Source: Phenylobacterium sp.
GTDB taxonomy: Bacteria; Pseudomonadota; Alphaproteobacteria; Caulobacterales; Caulobacteraceae
Direction of reading: 5' to 3'
DNA: 64,000 nt
Assembly (NCBI RefSeq): GCF_019636135.1
Contig: NZ_JAHBYD010000021.1
Span: 12,166-76,165 of the forward strand
The notes under the pieces are model-generated. The model saw only the letters and a list, made by a program, of their open reading frames with translations. It was not told where the DNA came from and searched no databases. Numbering within the stretch: position 1 is the stretch's first letter; each line of letters opens with the position of its first letter. Shown here in pieces: positions 56,270-64,000 of the stretch. Made by a program: the position numbers and the translations under genes.

Positions 56270-56767
56270 ATGAAAGACACGTCTATGCCGGCGGCGCTGG
56301 ACGCCATCGACATCAGGATCCTCGAACTGATGCAGAAGGACGCCTCGCTCTCGACGGGAGAGCTGGCCGAGCGTGTCGGCCTGTCGCAATCGCCCTGCTG
56401 GCGGCGCATCCAGCGGCTGCGCGAGGAAGGCTACATCAAGGCCGTCGTCGCCGTCGTCGACCCCGAGCGCGTCGGCTTCAAGATGCAGATCTTCGCCCAG
56501 GTGAAGATGACCACGCTCAGCGAGGAAGACCGCGCCAGCTTCTACCGCCAGATCAACGCCATCCCCGAGATCCTCGAGTGCTGGACGGTCTTCGGCGAGA
56601 TGGACGCCATGATGAAGATCCTGGCCCCCGACGTGACCTGGTATCAGGACTTCATCTTCTCGGTGCTGCTGAAGCTGCCGGGCGTCACCGACGTCCGCTC
56701 CATCGTCACCCTCTCCGCCCAGAAGAGCACCCTCGCCGTCCCGCTTACAGCGCGGCAGTTCCGCTGA
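56270..56767 (+). CDS. Lrp/AsnC-family regulator
   Basis: LDAIDIRILELMQKDASLS..ELAERVGLSQSPCWRRIQRL. The start may be 56285. Confidence 0.9.
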   Translation: MKDTSMPAALDAIDIRILELMQKDASLSTGELAERVGLSQSPCWRRIQRLREEGYIKAVVAVVDPERVGFKMQIFAQVKMTTLSEEDRASFYRQINAIPEILECWTVFGEMDAMMKILAPDVTWYQDFIFSVLLKLPGVTDVRSIVTLSAQKSTLAVPLTARQFR

Positions 56768-56773
56768 GAAGGC

Positions 56774-56983
56774 CTCACCTCCCCCGCGCAGCGGCGGGAG
56801 GGGGACCGTCCGCCGAGCCCGGCGTAGTCGGGCGCAGAGCGGATGGTGGAGGGGGCGAGCCCCATCCTCCGCGCCGAACACAGCCGATCAATCCGCCGAG
56901 CCTGAGGCTTGCCCCCTCCACCACTCGCTCTTCGCTACGCTCGGCGAGCGGTCCCCCTCCCGCCGCTTCGCGGGGGAGGTGAG
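56774..56983. repeat. Long imperfect inverted-repeat element (CCTCCCCC...GGGGGAGG type)
   Basis: ~80-bp arms beginning CTCACCTCCCCCGCG(C/A)AGCGGCGGGAGGGGGACCG. Confidence 0.75.
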
Positions 56984-57085
56984 ACGCGTCTTGGATAAAT
57001 TTTCCAACGCTGCGGAAGCACCTCGCCAACTTCGAATGAACAAACCGGCCGTGCGCCGCTAGCATCACGTTCAGGGGAGGCGAGG

Positions 57086-58324
57086 ATGAAGTTCACCCGC
57101 AGAGCGCTCGTGACCGCCGCGGCGGCTGCGCCGGCGGCGGCCGCGGCGCAGACGATCGCCGCGCCCGCGCTCCCGGCCAAGGCGTCCTTCGCCAGGATGC
57201 CCTACGTCTACCTGGACTCGGGCTCGACCCATCCGATGCCGCTCGGCGCCCGTGCGGCGCTGGAGGAGTACCTCCGCTACAAGACCCGCGACGGCCGCTG
57301 GACTGGCTACTCCATGGACGCCAAGGAGAAGGCCGTCCTCGAAGGCTTCGGCGCGCTCGTCGGCGCCGCGCCCGACGAACTCACCTTCATCCAGTCCACC
57401 ACCATGGGCGAGAACCTGGTGCTGAAGGCGCTGGGCTTCCCGAAGGCCGGAGGCCGCATCGTCACCGACGCGCTCCACTTCTTCGGCTCGTTCTACACCT
57501 ACGGCGAACTCGCCAAGGCCGGCATGGACGTCGTCATGCTGCCGATGACCGCCGAGGGCCGCATCGACATGAAGGCCCTCGAGGCCGCCGTGAACGACAA
57601 GACGGTGCTGGTCGCCGTCAGCCACATCTCCACCACCAACGGCTTCGAGCACGACCTCAAGACCGTCTGCGACATCGCCCACGCGCACGGCGCGCCGGTC
57701 TACGCCGACATCGTCCACGGCGCCGGCTCCACGCCGCTCGACCTGCGCGCCGCCGGCGTCGATTTCGCCGCCTCGTCTTCCTACAAATGGCTGATGGGCG
57801 ACTTCGGCCTGGCCTTCCTCTACGTGCGCAAGGAGAGCCAGGAGAAGGTCGCTCGCCCGTGGTGGGGTTACCACCAGGTGGGCGGCCGGTTCGTCACCCA
57901 CGTCTTTCCGTACGACCCGCAGGGGCTCACGCCCGCCGACTACGGCTACGCCGCCGGGACCGACGGCAAGTTCGCCATGGGCACCACCTCATGGACCGGC
58001 GTCGTCCAGCTCGAGCACTCCATCGGCTGGATCCGCCAGGTCGGCGTCCCGGCCCTGGTCGAGCACCGAAAACCCATGCTGGCCGCCGTCCAGACGGAAC
58101 TGCGCCGCCGCGGCTACCAGCCGATGACGCCGCACGACAGCCGCAGCCCCCTGGTCGCCTTCGCGCTGAAGGACGCCCGCGCCAAGCTGGGCGACCTCCT
58201 CGACAAGGGCGACGTGCGCATCACCGTCAGCGCCAACCGCTTCCGTGTCTCGGTCGCCGCCTTCAACGACATGAACGACATCGACCGCCTGCTCGAAGTC
58301 CTGCCCAAGGCCCCGCCCGCGTGA
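57086..58324 (+). CDS. Class V PLP-dependent aminotransferase-like protein with Tat-like leader
   Basis: MKFTRRALVTAAAAAPAAAAAQ leader; YLDSGST, ADIVHGAG and SSYKWLMG motifs. Confidence 0.82.
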   Translation: MKFTRRALVTAAAAAPAAAAAQTIAAPALPAKASFARMPYVYLDSGSTHPMPLGARAALEEYLRYKTRDGRWTGYSMDAKEKAVLEGFGALVGAAPDELTFIQSTTMGENLVLKALGFPKAGGRIVTDALHFFGSFYTYGELAKAGMDVVMLPMTAEGRIDMKALEAAVNDKTVLVAVSHISTTNGFEHDLKTVCDIAHAHGAPVYADIVHGAGSTPLDLRAAGVDFAASSSYKWLMGDFGLAFLYVRKESQEKVARPWWGYHQVGGRFVTHVFPYDPQGLTPADYGYAAGTDGKFAMGTTSWTGVVQLEHSIGWIRQVGVPALVEHRKPMLAAVQTELRRRGYQPMTPHDSRSPLVAFALKDARAKLGDLLDKGDVRITVSANRFRVSVAAFNDMNDIDRLLEVLPKAPPA

Positions 58325-59922
58325 AATCCCTCTCTCTGATCGCCGCCCTGCTGGCGAGCGCCGCGCCGGCGTTCGCCCAGGCTCCGCCCGCCCCGGTCAG
58401 CCCCCCGGCCCCGGCGGCGGGCGGCCCGCCCAATTCCGGACCACCGGGCATTCCGATGTCGCGGGCCTATCCTGCGGGACCGGTCGAGCCGCTGCCCGCG
58501 CCGAAACGGTTCGTCACGAAGCATGTGCTGACGGTCGGCAAGCAGCGCATCGCCTACACCGCCATCGCCGGCGAGACCTGGCTCTACAGCCGCGCCGCCG
58601 ACCCCATCGGCTCGATCTTCTCCTACACCTACCTGAAGGACGGCCCGGGCGATCCGAACCGCCCGGTGCTGTTCGTGTTCAACGGCGGGCCGGGCTCCTC
58701 GTCGCTCTGGCTGCACATGGGCGCCGTCGGGCCGCGCCGCGTGGTGCTGGACCGTGAGGTGAACCCGTCCAACACCCCGCCCTTCGGCGTCGCCGACAAC
58801 CCGCACAGCGTGCTCGACGTCGCCGACCTCGTCTTCATCGATCCGGTCGGCACGGGCTACTCCAGGCCCATCGGCAAGGGCTCCACCGCCGACTTCTGGG
58901 GCGTCGACGAGGACGCCGACGCCACCGCCCAGTTCATCGAGCTCTGGCTCACCGAGCACAAGCGCTGGAACGCCCCCAAGTTCGTCATGGGCGAGAGCTA
59001 CGGCTCTGTCCGCGCCGCCATCCTGCCCCGCGCGCTGATGGGCGGGCCGATGTACGTCGGCTACATGCGCGGGATCACCCTCAACGGCGTGATCCTGCTC
59101 GGCACCACGCTCGGCGCCCGCAACGCCGGCGGCGAGGCCGGCGCGGCGGAACTGCGCCAGGCGTTGGCGCTCCCGGCCATGGCCGACACCGCCTGGTACT
59201 TCCAGAAGATCGACCGCAAGGGCCGCAGCCTGGAAGCCTTCCACCAGGAGGTGCTGGCGTTCGCCCGCGGCGACTACGTCGAGGCCCTGAAGAAGGCCAC
59301 GGCCGGCACGCTGACCCCGGCCGACCGCGCCGCCCTGGTCGCCCGCCTCACGGGCTACACCGGTCTCCCGGCCTCCGCCTACGATCGCGCGCTGACCGTC
59401 AACGAAGGCGCCTTCTCCCGCATGTTGCTGGCCGACAAGGGCCTGCAGGTGGGCGCCTACGACAGCCGCTACACCCTGCCCACCGCCGGCAGCGGGAACG
59501 ATCCCGTCGCCGACGACCCGGCCATGGGCCGCTACGTCCCGGGCTTCCTCGCCGCCTTCCACCAGATGGAGGCCGAGAGCCTGAAGGTCGACATGGCCCG
59601 GCCCTACGGCGCCATCGTCTGGCGCGACCTGCTGCCCTCGTGGAACTGGAACCGTGCCGGCGTGCCCGAGGGCCAGTCGTTCGCCACCGACCTCGCGGTC
59701 GCCATGCGCCGCACCGAGAAGATGCGTGTGCTGGTCGCCAGCGGCTACTACGACCTCGTCACCCATTCCGCGACCGCCGAACAGAGCGTCGAGGACGCGA
59801 AGCTGCCGAAGGACCGCCTCACGCTCCGCCGCTACGAAAGCGGCCACATGCTCTACCTCGGCGACACCGCCGCCGCCTTCTCCAACGACGTCCGCGAGTT
59901 GATCCGGGACGCGACGAAGTAG
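58321..59922 (+). CDS. S10-family serine carboxypeptidase
   Basis: FNGGPGSSS, IDPVGTGYS, GESYG, GYYDL and YESGHMLY motifs. GTG start at 58321. Confidence 0.87.
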   Translation: MKSLSLIAALLASAAPAFAQAPPAPVSPPAPAAGGPPNSGPPGIPMSRAYPAGPVEPLPAPKRFVTKHVLTVGKQRIAYTAIAGETWLYSRAADPIGSIFSYTYLKDGPGDPNRPVLFVFNGGPGSSSLWLHMGAVGPRRVVLDREVNPSNTPPFGVADNPHSVLDVADLVFIDPVGTGYSRPIGKGSTADFWGVDEDADATAQFIELWLTEHKRWNAPKFVMGESYGSVRAAILPRALMGGPMYVGYMRGITLNGVILLGTTLGARNAGGEAGAAELRQALALPAMADTAWYFQKIDRKGRSLEAFHQEVLAFARGDYVEALKKATAGTLTPADRAALVARLTGYTGLPASAYDRALTVNEGAFSRMLLADKGLQVGAYDSRYTLPTAGSGNDPVADDPAMGRYVPGFLAAFHQMEAESLKVDMARPYGAIVWRDLLPSWNWNRAGVPEGQSFATDLAVAMRRTEKMRVLVASGYYDLVTHSATAEQSVEDAKLPKDRLTLRRYESGHMLYLGDTAAAFSNDVRELIRDATK

Positions 59923-59956
59923 AGCCGGCTCTGCGCGCCGCAGGCGCCCTCAAGAC

Positions 59957-60036
59957 AACCACAGAAAACACAGAAGGACACAGAAGAGGAACCGCGCGGT
60001 CCGCCGCCTTCCGTGTTTTCTGTGTTTTCTGTGGTT
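59957..60036. repeat. AT-rich inverted repeat with internal 9-bp periodicity; possible bidirectional terminator
   Basis: AACCACAGAAAACACAGAAGGACACAGAAG ... CTTCCGTGTTTTCTGTGTTTTCTGTGGTT between convergent S10 genes. Confidence 0.7.
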
Positions 60037-60075
60037 GAATCAAAGCGGCGCTGACGCGCCAACGCACCTTGAGAG

Positions 60076-61602
60076 CTAAGGCTTCTTCGTCACGAACGCC
60101 TTCACCGACTCCGCGAACCGCGCCCTGTTCTCGTCGTGGTCGTAGACGCCGTGGGGGCCGGCGAAATAGGCCGCCGTGAGCTGGCCCGCCGGCACGCCCG
60201 CCTGGTCGAGGGTGTAGCGGCCCGAATAGGCCGGGGTCGTCAGGTCGTAGTAGCCCGCCGCCCAGAAGAGCCGCAGCTTCGGGTTCGCCCGCATCGCCTG
60301 CCCCAGCGCCTCGAACGCACTCGGTCCCGTCGCCCCGCCGGGCGTGCGCGGCCGCTCGTAGTCCCAGGCCGCGTTCACCGCGAAGTTCACGCCGTAATAC
60401 GGCTCGTCGCCCGCCGGGTACTTCAGCGCCTCGATCATGTAGCGACCGACCGCCGGACTCGGGATCGCCCCCAGCGCCGCGGGGCTGGGCGGGGGCGCGG
60501 CCGGCGCGCCCGGCGCCCGCTTCGGCACGACGCCCAGCGCCGGGTCGTCGATCGCCCCGTCCTGCCCCGGCTCCAGCGGCGCGGTCACCGTCACGTCCAG
60601 CAGGCCCGTGCGCAGGGTCCTGTCCTTCAGGATGTTGAACATCCAGTCGTTCTTGGAGAGCCGCAGGTCCTTCTCGACGATCAGGTCGGCCGGCAGCCCG
60701 ATCAGCCCCGACATCCGCTCGGCGATCCTGCGCTTCTTCTCCGCCGGCAGGCTGCCGCCCTCGACCAGCGCCTCCAGGTAATCGGTGCGCGCGAAGTCCA
60801 GCGCCTCGGCGAACACCTGGTCCACGCTGCGTCCCGCCCGGTCGATCTTCTGGTGATACCAGGCCCCCGCCGCCATGGTCGGCAGCGCCACGACGTAGGG
60901 CATCTCGCGCCCGCTCACCTCGCCCGACAGCGCCACCAGCATCACCCCGTCGAAGGGCAGGTCCTGGCTGATCCGCGCGATGTTGGCCGCCCGCGTGGTG
61001 CCGTAGCTCTCGCCCATCAGGAACCGCGGCGAGGTCTCGCGCCTGTTGGCCTTCAGCCACGTCGCGATCACCGTCTTCACCGCCTGCGCGTCGCCCGAGA
61101 CCGAGTAGAACCGCTGGGGGTTCGTCCCCGGGAACGGCCGCGAGAAGCCGGTGCCGACCGGGTCGATGAACACCAGATCCGCCGCGTCGAGAGGGCTCAC
61201 AGTGTTGGGGATCCACCCGCCGCCCGAGCGGTCGCCGGGGGGCGCCGGCCCGCGCCGGTAGGGGCCCAGCGCGCTCATGTGCAGCGGCGACGACGACGCG
61301 CCCGGTCCGCCGTTGAAGAGGAAGATCACCGGCCGGGCGCCCGGATCCTTCACCCCGTTGCGCACGTAGGCGATGGTCGTCGCGGCCGCCGCCGGCCGGC
61401 CCGCCGCGTCGTTCAGGAACACCTCGGCGACGGTCGCGGTGAACTTCACCTTCTCGCCGTTGAACACGCCCTCATGCTTCGTCACCGCCACCCGCGGCGC
61501 GCGCACGGCGGCGGCTTCCGCGGGCGCCTGCGCGGCGGCCCACCCCGGCGACGCCAGCGCCAGGCAGGCGGCGATGGCGGGTGCGATCCAGCGTTCGGTC
61601 AT
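60076..61602 (-). CDS. S10-family serine carboxypeptidase
   Basis: FNGGPGASS, IDPVGTGFS, GESYG, GYYDL and GPHGVY motifs. Confidence 0.85.
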   Translation of the reverse strand: MTERWIAPAIAACLALASPGWAAAQAPAEAAAVRAPRVAVTKHEGVFNGEKVKFTATVAEVFLNDAAGRPAAAATTIAYVRNGVKDPGARPVIFLFNGGPGASSSPLHMSALGPYRRGPAPPGDRSGGGWIPNTVSPLDAADLVFIDPVGTGFSRPFPGTNPQRFYSVSGDAQAVKTVIATWLKANRRETSPRFLMGESYGTTRAANIARISQDLPFDGVMLVALSGEVSGREMPYVVALPTMAAGAWYHQKIDRAGRSVDQVFAEALDFARTDYLEALVEGGSLPAEKKRRIAERMSGLIGLPADLIVEKDLRLSKNDWMFNILKDRTLRTGLLDVTVTAPLEPGQDGAIDDPALGVVPKRAPGAPAAPPPSPAALGAIPSPAVGRYMIEALKYPAGDEPYYGVNFAVNAAWDYERPRTPGGATGPSAFEALGQAMRANPKLRLFWAAGYYDLTTPAYSGRYTLDQAGVPAGQLTAAYFAGPHGVYDHDENRARFAESVKAFVTKKP

Positions 61603-61869
61603 CAGGTCCCCTCCCGACGTTGGCGCAAAGCCTAGCCGCGCGCCTGCGGATTTTCTTTGCAATGTCAGCGCGACAGGCGCCGCGGGCGACCGCGTCGCAG
61701 CCGGCGCCCGACACCCGGCGCATGAGTTATGCGCCGCGCCACCGCCCGGCGAATAGCCGCCCCGCGATCTCCGCAACCCGCAGGTGAATTCGCAAAGAAA
61801 GTCCGCCGTCCTTGCCTAAGCTAGATGGAGCCTGCCGAAGCGCGGGCGGGGGACGCTTAGGGAACTGCC

Positions 61870-63039
61870 TTGAATCCGGTGCAATCGAAAGGCGCGGCGT
61901 CCGCGCAGCCCGGCGCTGCGTCTCCCGACCTGTTCGATGCGCCGTCCTATGCCGACTTCGTCCGCGCCGCGATGCGCATCAAGGCCGCCCGGCCCGAAGT
62001 CGCCATCCTGTTCGAGAGCACCACGCCCGAGCCCACCGGCCAGTTGATCGAGGTGGTGCGCACGGCCTTCTCCGACGAGCTGACGTCGCGCTACGTCAGC
62101 GTCTTCGCGGACGGCAACCGCTACGCCATCGAGGCGGTGGCCCGCCGTTACGGCCTGGCTCCCGAGCAGATCGTCGCCACCACCGGCGCGACGGGCGCGA
62201 TCACCCTCGCCCTGAAAGCGTTCGTGACCCCTGGCGACGAGGTGCTGGTCGAGCGGCCCGGCTTCGATATCCTCGGCAAGCTCGCCGTCGACGCCGGGGC
62301 GCGCGTCGCCGCCTTCACCCGCATCGCACCCGACTACCGCGTCGACCTGGATGCGTTCCGCGCCAGGCTCACGCCGCGCACCCGCGCCGTCCTCATCACC
62401 AATCTGCACAACCCGAGCGGCGCGCGCCTGCCGCCCGAGGACCTCGCCGCCCTGGCCGCCGCCATCGGCCGCGTCGGGGCGGTCCTGATCGTCGACGAGG
62501 TCTACGCCGACTTCGTCACGCCGACGCCGGCGCCCGCCGCCACCCTGGCCGCCAACATCCTGACGGTCTCCAGCCTGACCAAGGTCTTCGGCCTGTTCGC
62601 GCTGAAGTTCGGCTGGATGGCCGGCGACGCGGCCCTGATCGACCGCATCCGCCGCTCGGCCCCCGACGGCGACATGGGCGTCTCCAAGCTCTCGCACGCG
62701 GTCGCCGCCCACGTCCTCGAAGCTCCCGAGGCCTTCGAGGCGCACTGGCAGGACGTATTGGGCCGGAGCCGGCCGGTGATGGAGCGCGAGGCGGCCGCCC
62801 TCGTCGGCGCGGGCCTTCTGGAGGGCGATGCGCCGTCTTTCGGCTGCATGTACTTCCCGCGGGTCCCCGGGTGGCCCGACACCCGCGCCCTGGCCCGCCG
62901 CCTGCTCGCCGACTTCGACGTCCTGGTGGCGCCCGGCGAATTCTTCGGCGCCCCGGGCCGCATCCGCCTCGGCTTCGGCATCGACCCCGACGCCCTGGCC
63001 TCGGGCCTGACCCGCCTGCGCGCCGGCCTCTCCCGCTGA
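61870..63039 (+). CDS. Class I/II PLP-dependent aminotransferase
   Basis: TTGATGA, TNLHNPSG, VDEVY and SSLTKVFG motifs. The start codon is uncertain. Confidence 0.85.
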   Translation: MNPVQSKGAASAQPGAASPDLFDAPSYADFVRAAMRIKAARPEVAILFESTTPEPTGQLIEVVRTAFSDELTSRYVSVFADGNRYAIEAVARRYGLAPEQIVATTGATGAITLALKAFVTPGDEVLVERPGFDILGKLAVDAGARVAAFTRIAPDYRVDLDAFRARLTPRTRAVLITNLHNPSGARLPPEDLAALAAAIGRVGAVLIVDEVYADFVTPTPAPAATLAANILTVSSLTKVFGLFALKFGWMAGDAALIDRIRRSAPDGDMGVSKLSHAVAAHVLEAPEAFEAHWQDVLGRSRPVMEREAAALVGAGLLEGDAPSFGCMYFPRVPGWPDTRALARRLLADFDVLVAPGEFFGAPGRIRLGFGIDPDALASGLTRLRAGLSR

Positions 63040-63140
63040 CCGCCGGCTAATCGCGCTCAGGCCTGGCCCGGCGGCTCGATCAAGCAGGCGGCGCGCTTCA
63101 GGGAATAGCAGACGAAGAAGAGGCGGATTGCCAGACCAGG

Positions 63141-63155
63141 TGGCGGTGGGGGCAG
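63141..63155 (+). repeat. 15-bp direct repeat copy 2 (TGGCGGTGGGGGCAG)
   Basis: Identical to 11144-11158, in atypical intergenic DNA. Confidence 0.45.
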
Positions 63156-63611
63156 GTAAACGCTAACCCGTCTCCGAATTCGGACCACGGAGAGAACCTG
63201 GGGCGGGGAGTGGCTATCCACCGGGCGGAGAACTCCCACCCGGCGATTCGAAGATGGGAACGGAAGCCGCAGAAGTTCAAGTCCCAGGGCTCAGCCTAGA
63301 GGTTCCTGGTCACTCGCGGCCCGATCTACAACACCTTCAACCCGCAGCCCCACCGCGCCCGTCGCCCGACCTTTCGCCACCTCAGGACGAAGGCGCATCG
63401 GGGGCGGGCGGTCGCCACCGCTGCGGCCTGATCGTCGTGTAAAGATGCGGCTTTTCCAGCCTGACCCCAGTTGACCTGAGAACACCGTCAAAACCACCGG
63501 AAGCGCCGGACGAGGCGCGATCCTCCCGTTAAGGACGATCCCGCGCTGATACGTCGCCAGGTTGAGAAGCTTGCGCTAAGATCCCTACCGGCGCGAGCAT
63601 TCTGGGGTCGC

Positions 63612-64000
63612 ATGCGGGGCTATCCTTACGCCTTCTTCGTGGCGCTCGACGGCAACGGCGCGAACGGGCTGGAGGGCATGGCCGGGATGTGCCTCTTCCT
63701 CTACGACCCGCAGAGCGAACGCTTCGCCTGGAAGGTGAAGTATTACGACGGCGTCGCCGCCGGCCACGCCTGTTCCGTCGACCCCTCGGGCCGCGTCGGC
63801 TTCCTCGGCAACGCGGGCCAGCACCTGCTCTTCTTCGACGCGGAGACCCTGGAGGAGCGGGCGCGGATCTCGACCCTGCGCTTCGAGACGCCCCACACTT
63901 CGCTGCAGGGCTCGACCCACCTCGCCTGGCTGGACGACCGGACGTTCGTCACGGCGATCGGGCGCCACTTCTGGCGCTTCTCGCTGGACGACCTCGAAAA
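63612..64000 (+). CDS. Hypothetical protein, truncated by window end (beta-propeller-like)
   Basis: Open frame MRGYPYAFFVALDGNGANGLEGMAGMCLFLYDP...GHACSVDPSGRVGFLGNAGQHLLFFD... with typical codon usage. Absent from the ORF track because it has no stop. Confidence 0.7.
   Translation, partial: MRGYPYAFFVALDGNGANGLEGMAGMCLFLYDPQSERFAWKVKYYDGVAAGHACSVDPSGRVGFLGNAGQHLLFFDAETLEERARISTLRFETPHTSLQGSTHLAWLDDRTFVTAIGRHFWRFSLDDLE

Noticed and set aside
61621-61636. TGGCGC...GC as a sigma54 promoter
   Set aside because: The GG-GC spacing is one base too long.
63275-63283. GTTCAAGTC resembling a tRNA T-loop
   Set aside because: The flanks do not form a T-stem and there is no cloverleaf.
63057-63497. 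Short ORFs in the 63.0-63.6 kb spacer
   Set aside because: Atypical codon usage, no motifs and no convincing RBS, so they cannot be supported as genes.
83-63968. Many long antisense and alternate-frame ORFs (e.g. 16944-20657, 52053-56081, 26854-30057)
   Set aside because: These are Arg/Ala/Pro/Gly-rich shadow ORFs of high-GC DNA overlapping motif-supported genes.

Overview
High-GC alphaproteobacterial DNA. A Caulobacteraceae (Phenylobacterium-like) origin is inferred from gene style, three TonB-dependent receptor (TBDR) loci, CGTC-type palindromic repeats and a GTTC-N7-GTTC SOS box. There are four blocks. (1) 0.2-9.2 kb: a TBDR with an acyl-CoA ligase, TauD and PhyH 2OG-oxygenases, a CoA transferase and a crotonase. 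(2) 9.2-11.8 kb: a junction with repeats, a putatively LexA-controlled hypothetical gene, a decayed IS630 and compositionally atypical DNA. (3) 11.9-40.3 kb: a catabolic region with phthalate 4,5-dioxygenase-type genes (ophA2/B/C), pcaHGBDC, SnoaL/SDR/GST/MFS/TBDR/VOC genes, a kinase-enolase paralog-2-hydroxyacid dehydrogenase operon and a MetE-like enzyme. Seven copies of an ACTTAG-N4-CTAAGT palindrome in its promoter regions suggest one regulon. (4) 40.3-63 kb: a TBDR-centred peptide-utilisation-like locus with four S10 carboxypeptidases, three M61-like metallopeptidases, an amidohydrolase, an APC permease, an OCD-family enzyme, Lrp and two PLP enzymes. No rRNA, tRNA or CRISPR was seen. All calls come from motif recognition by eye; no database searches were run.
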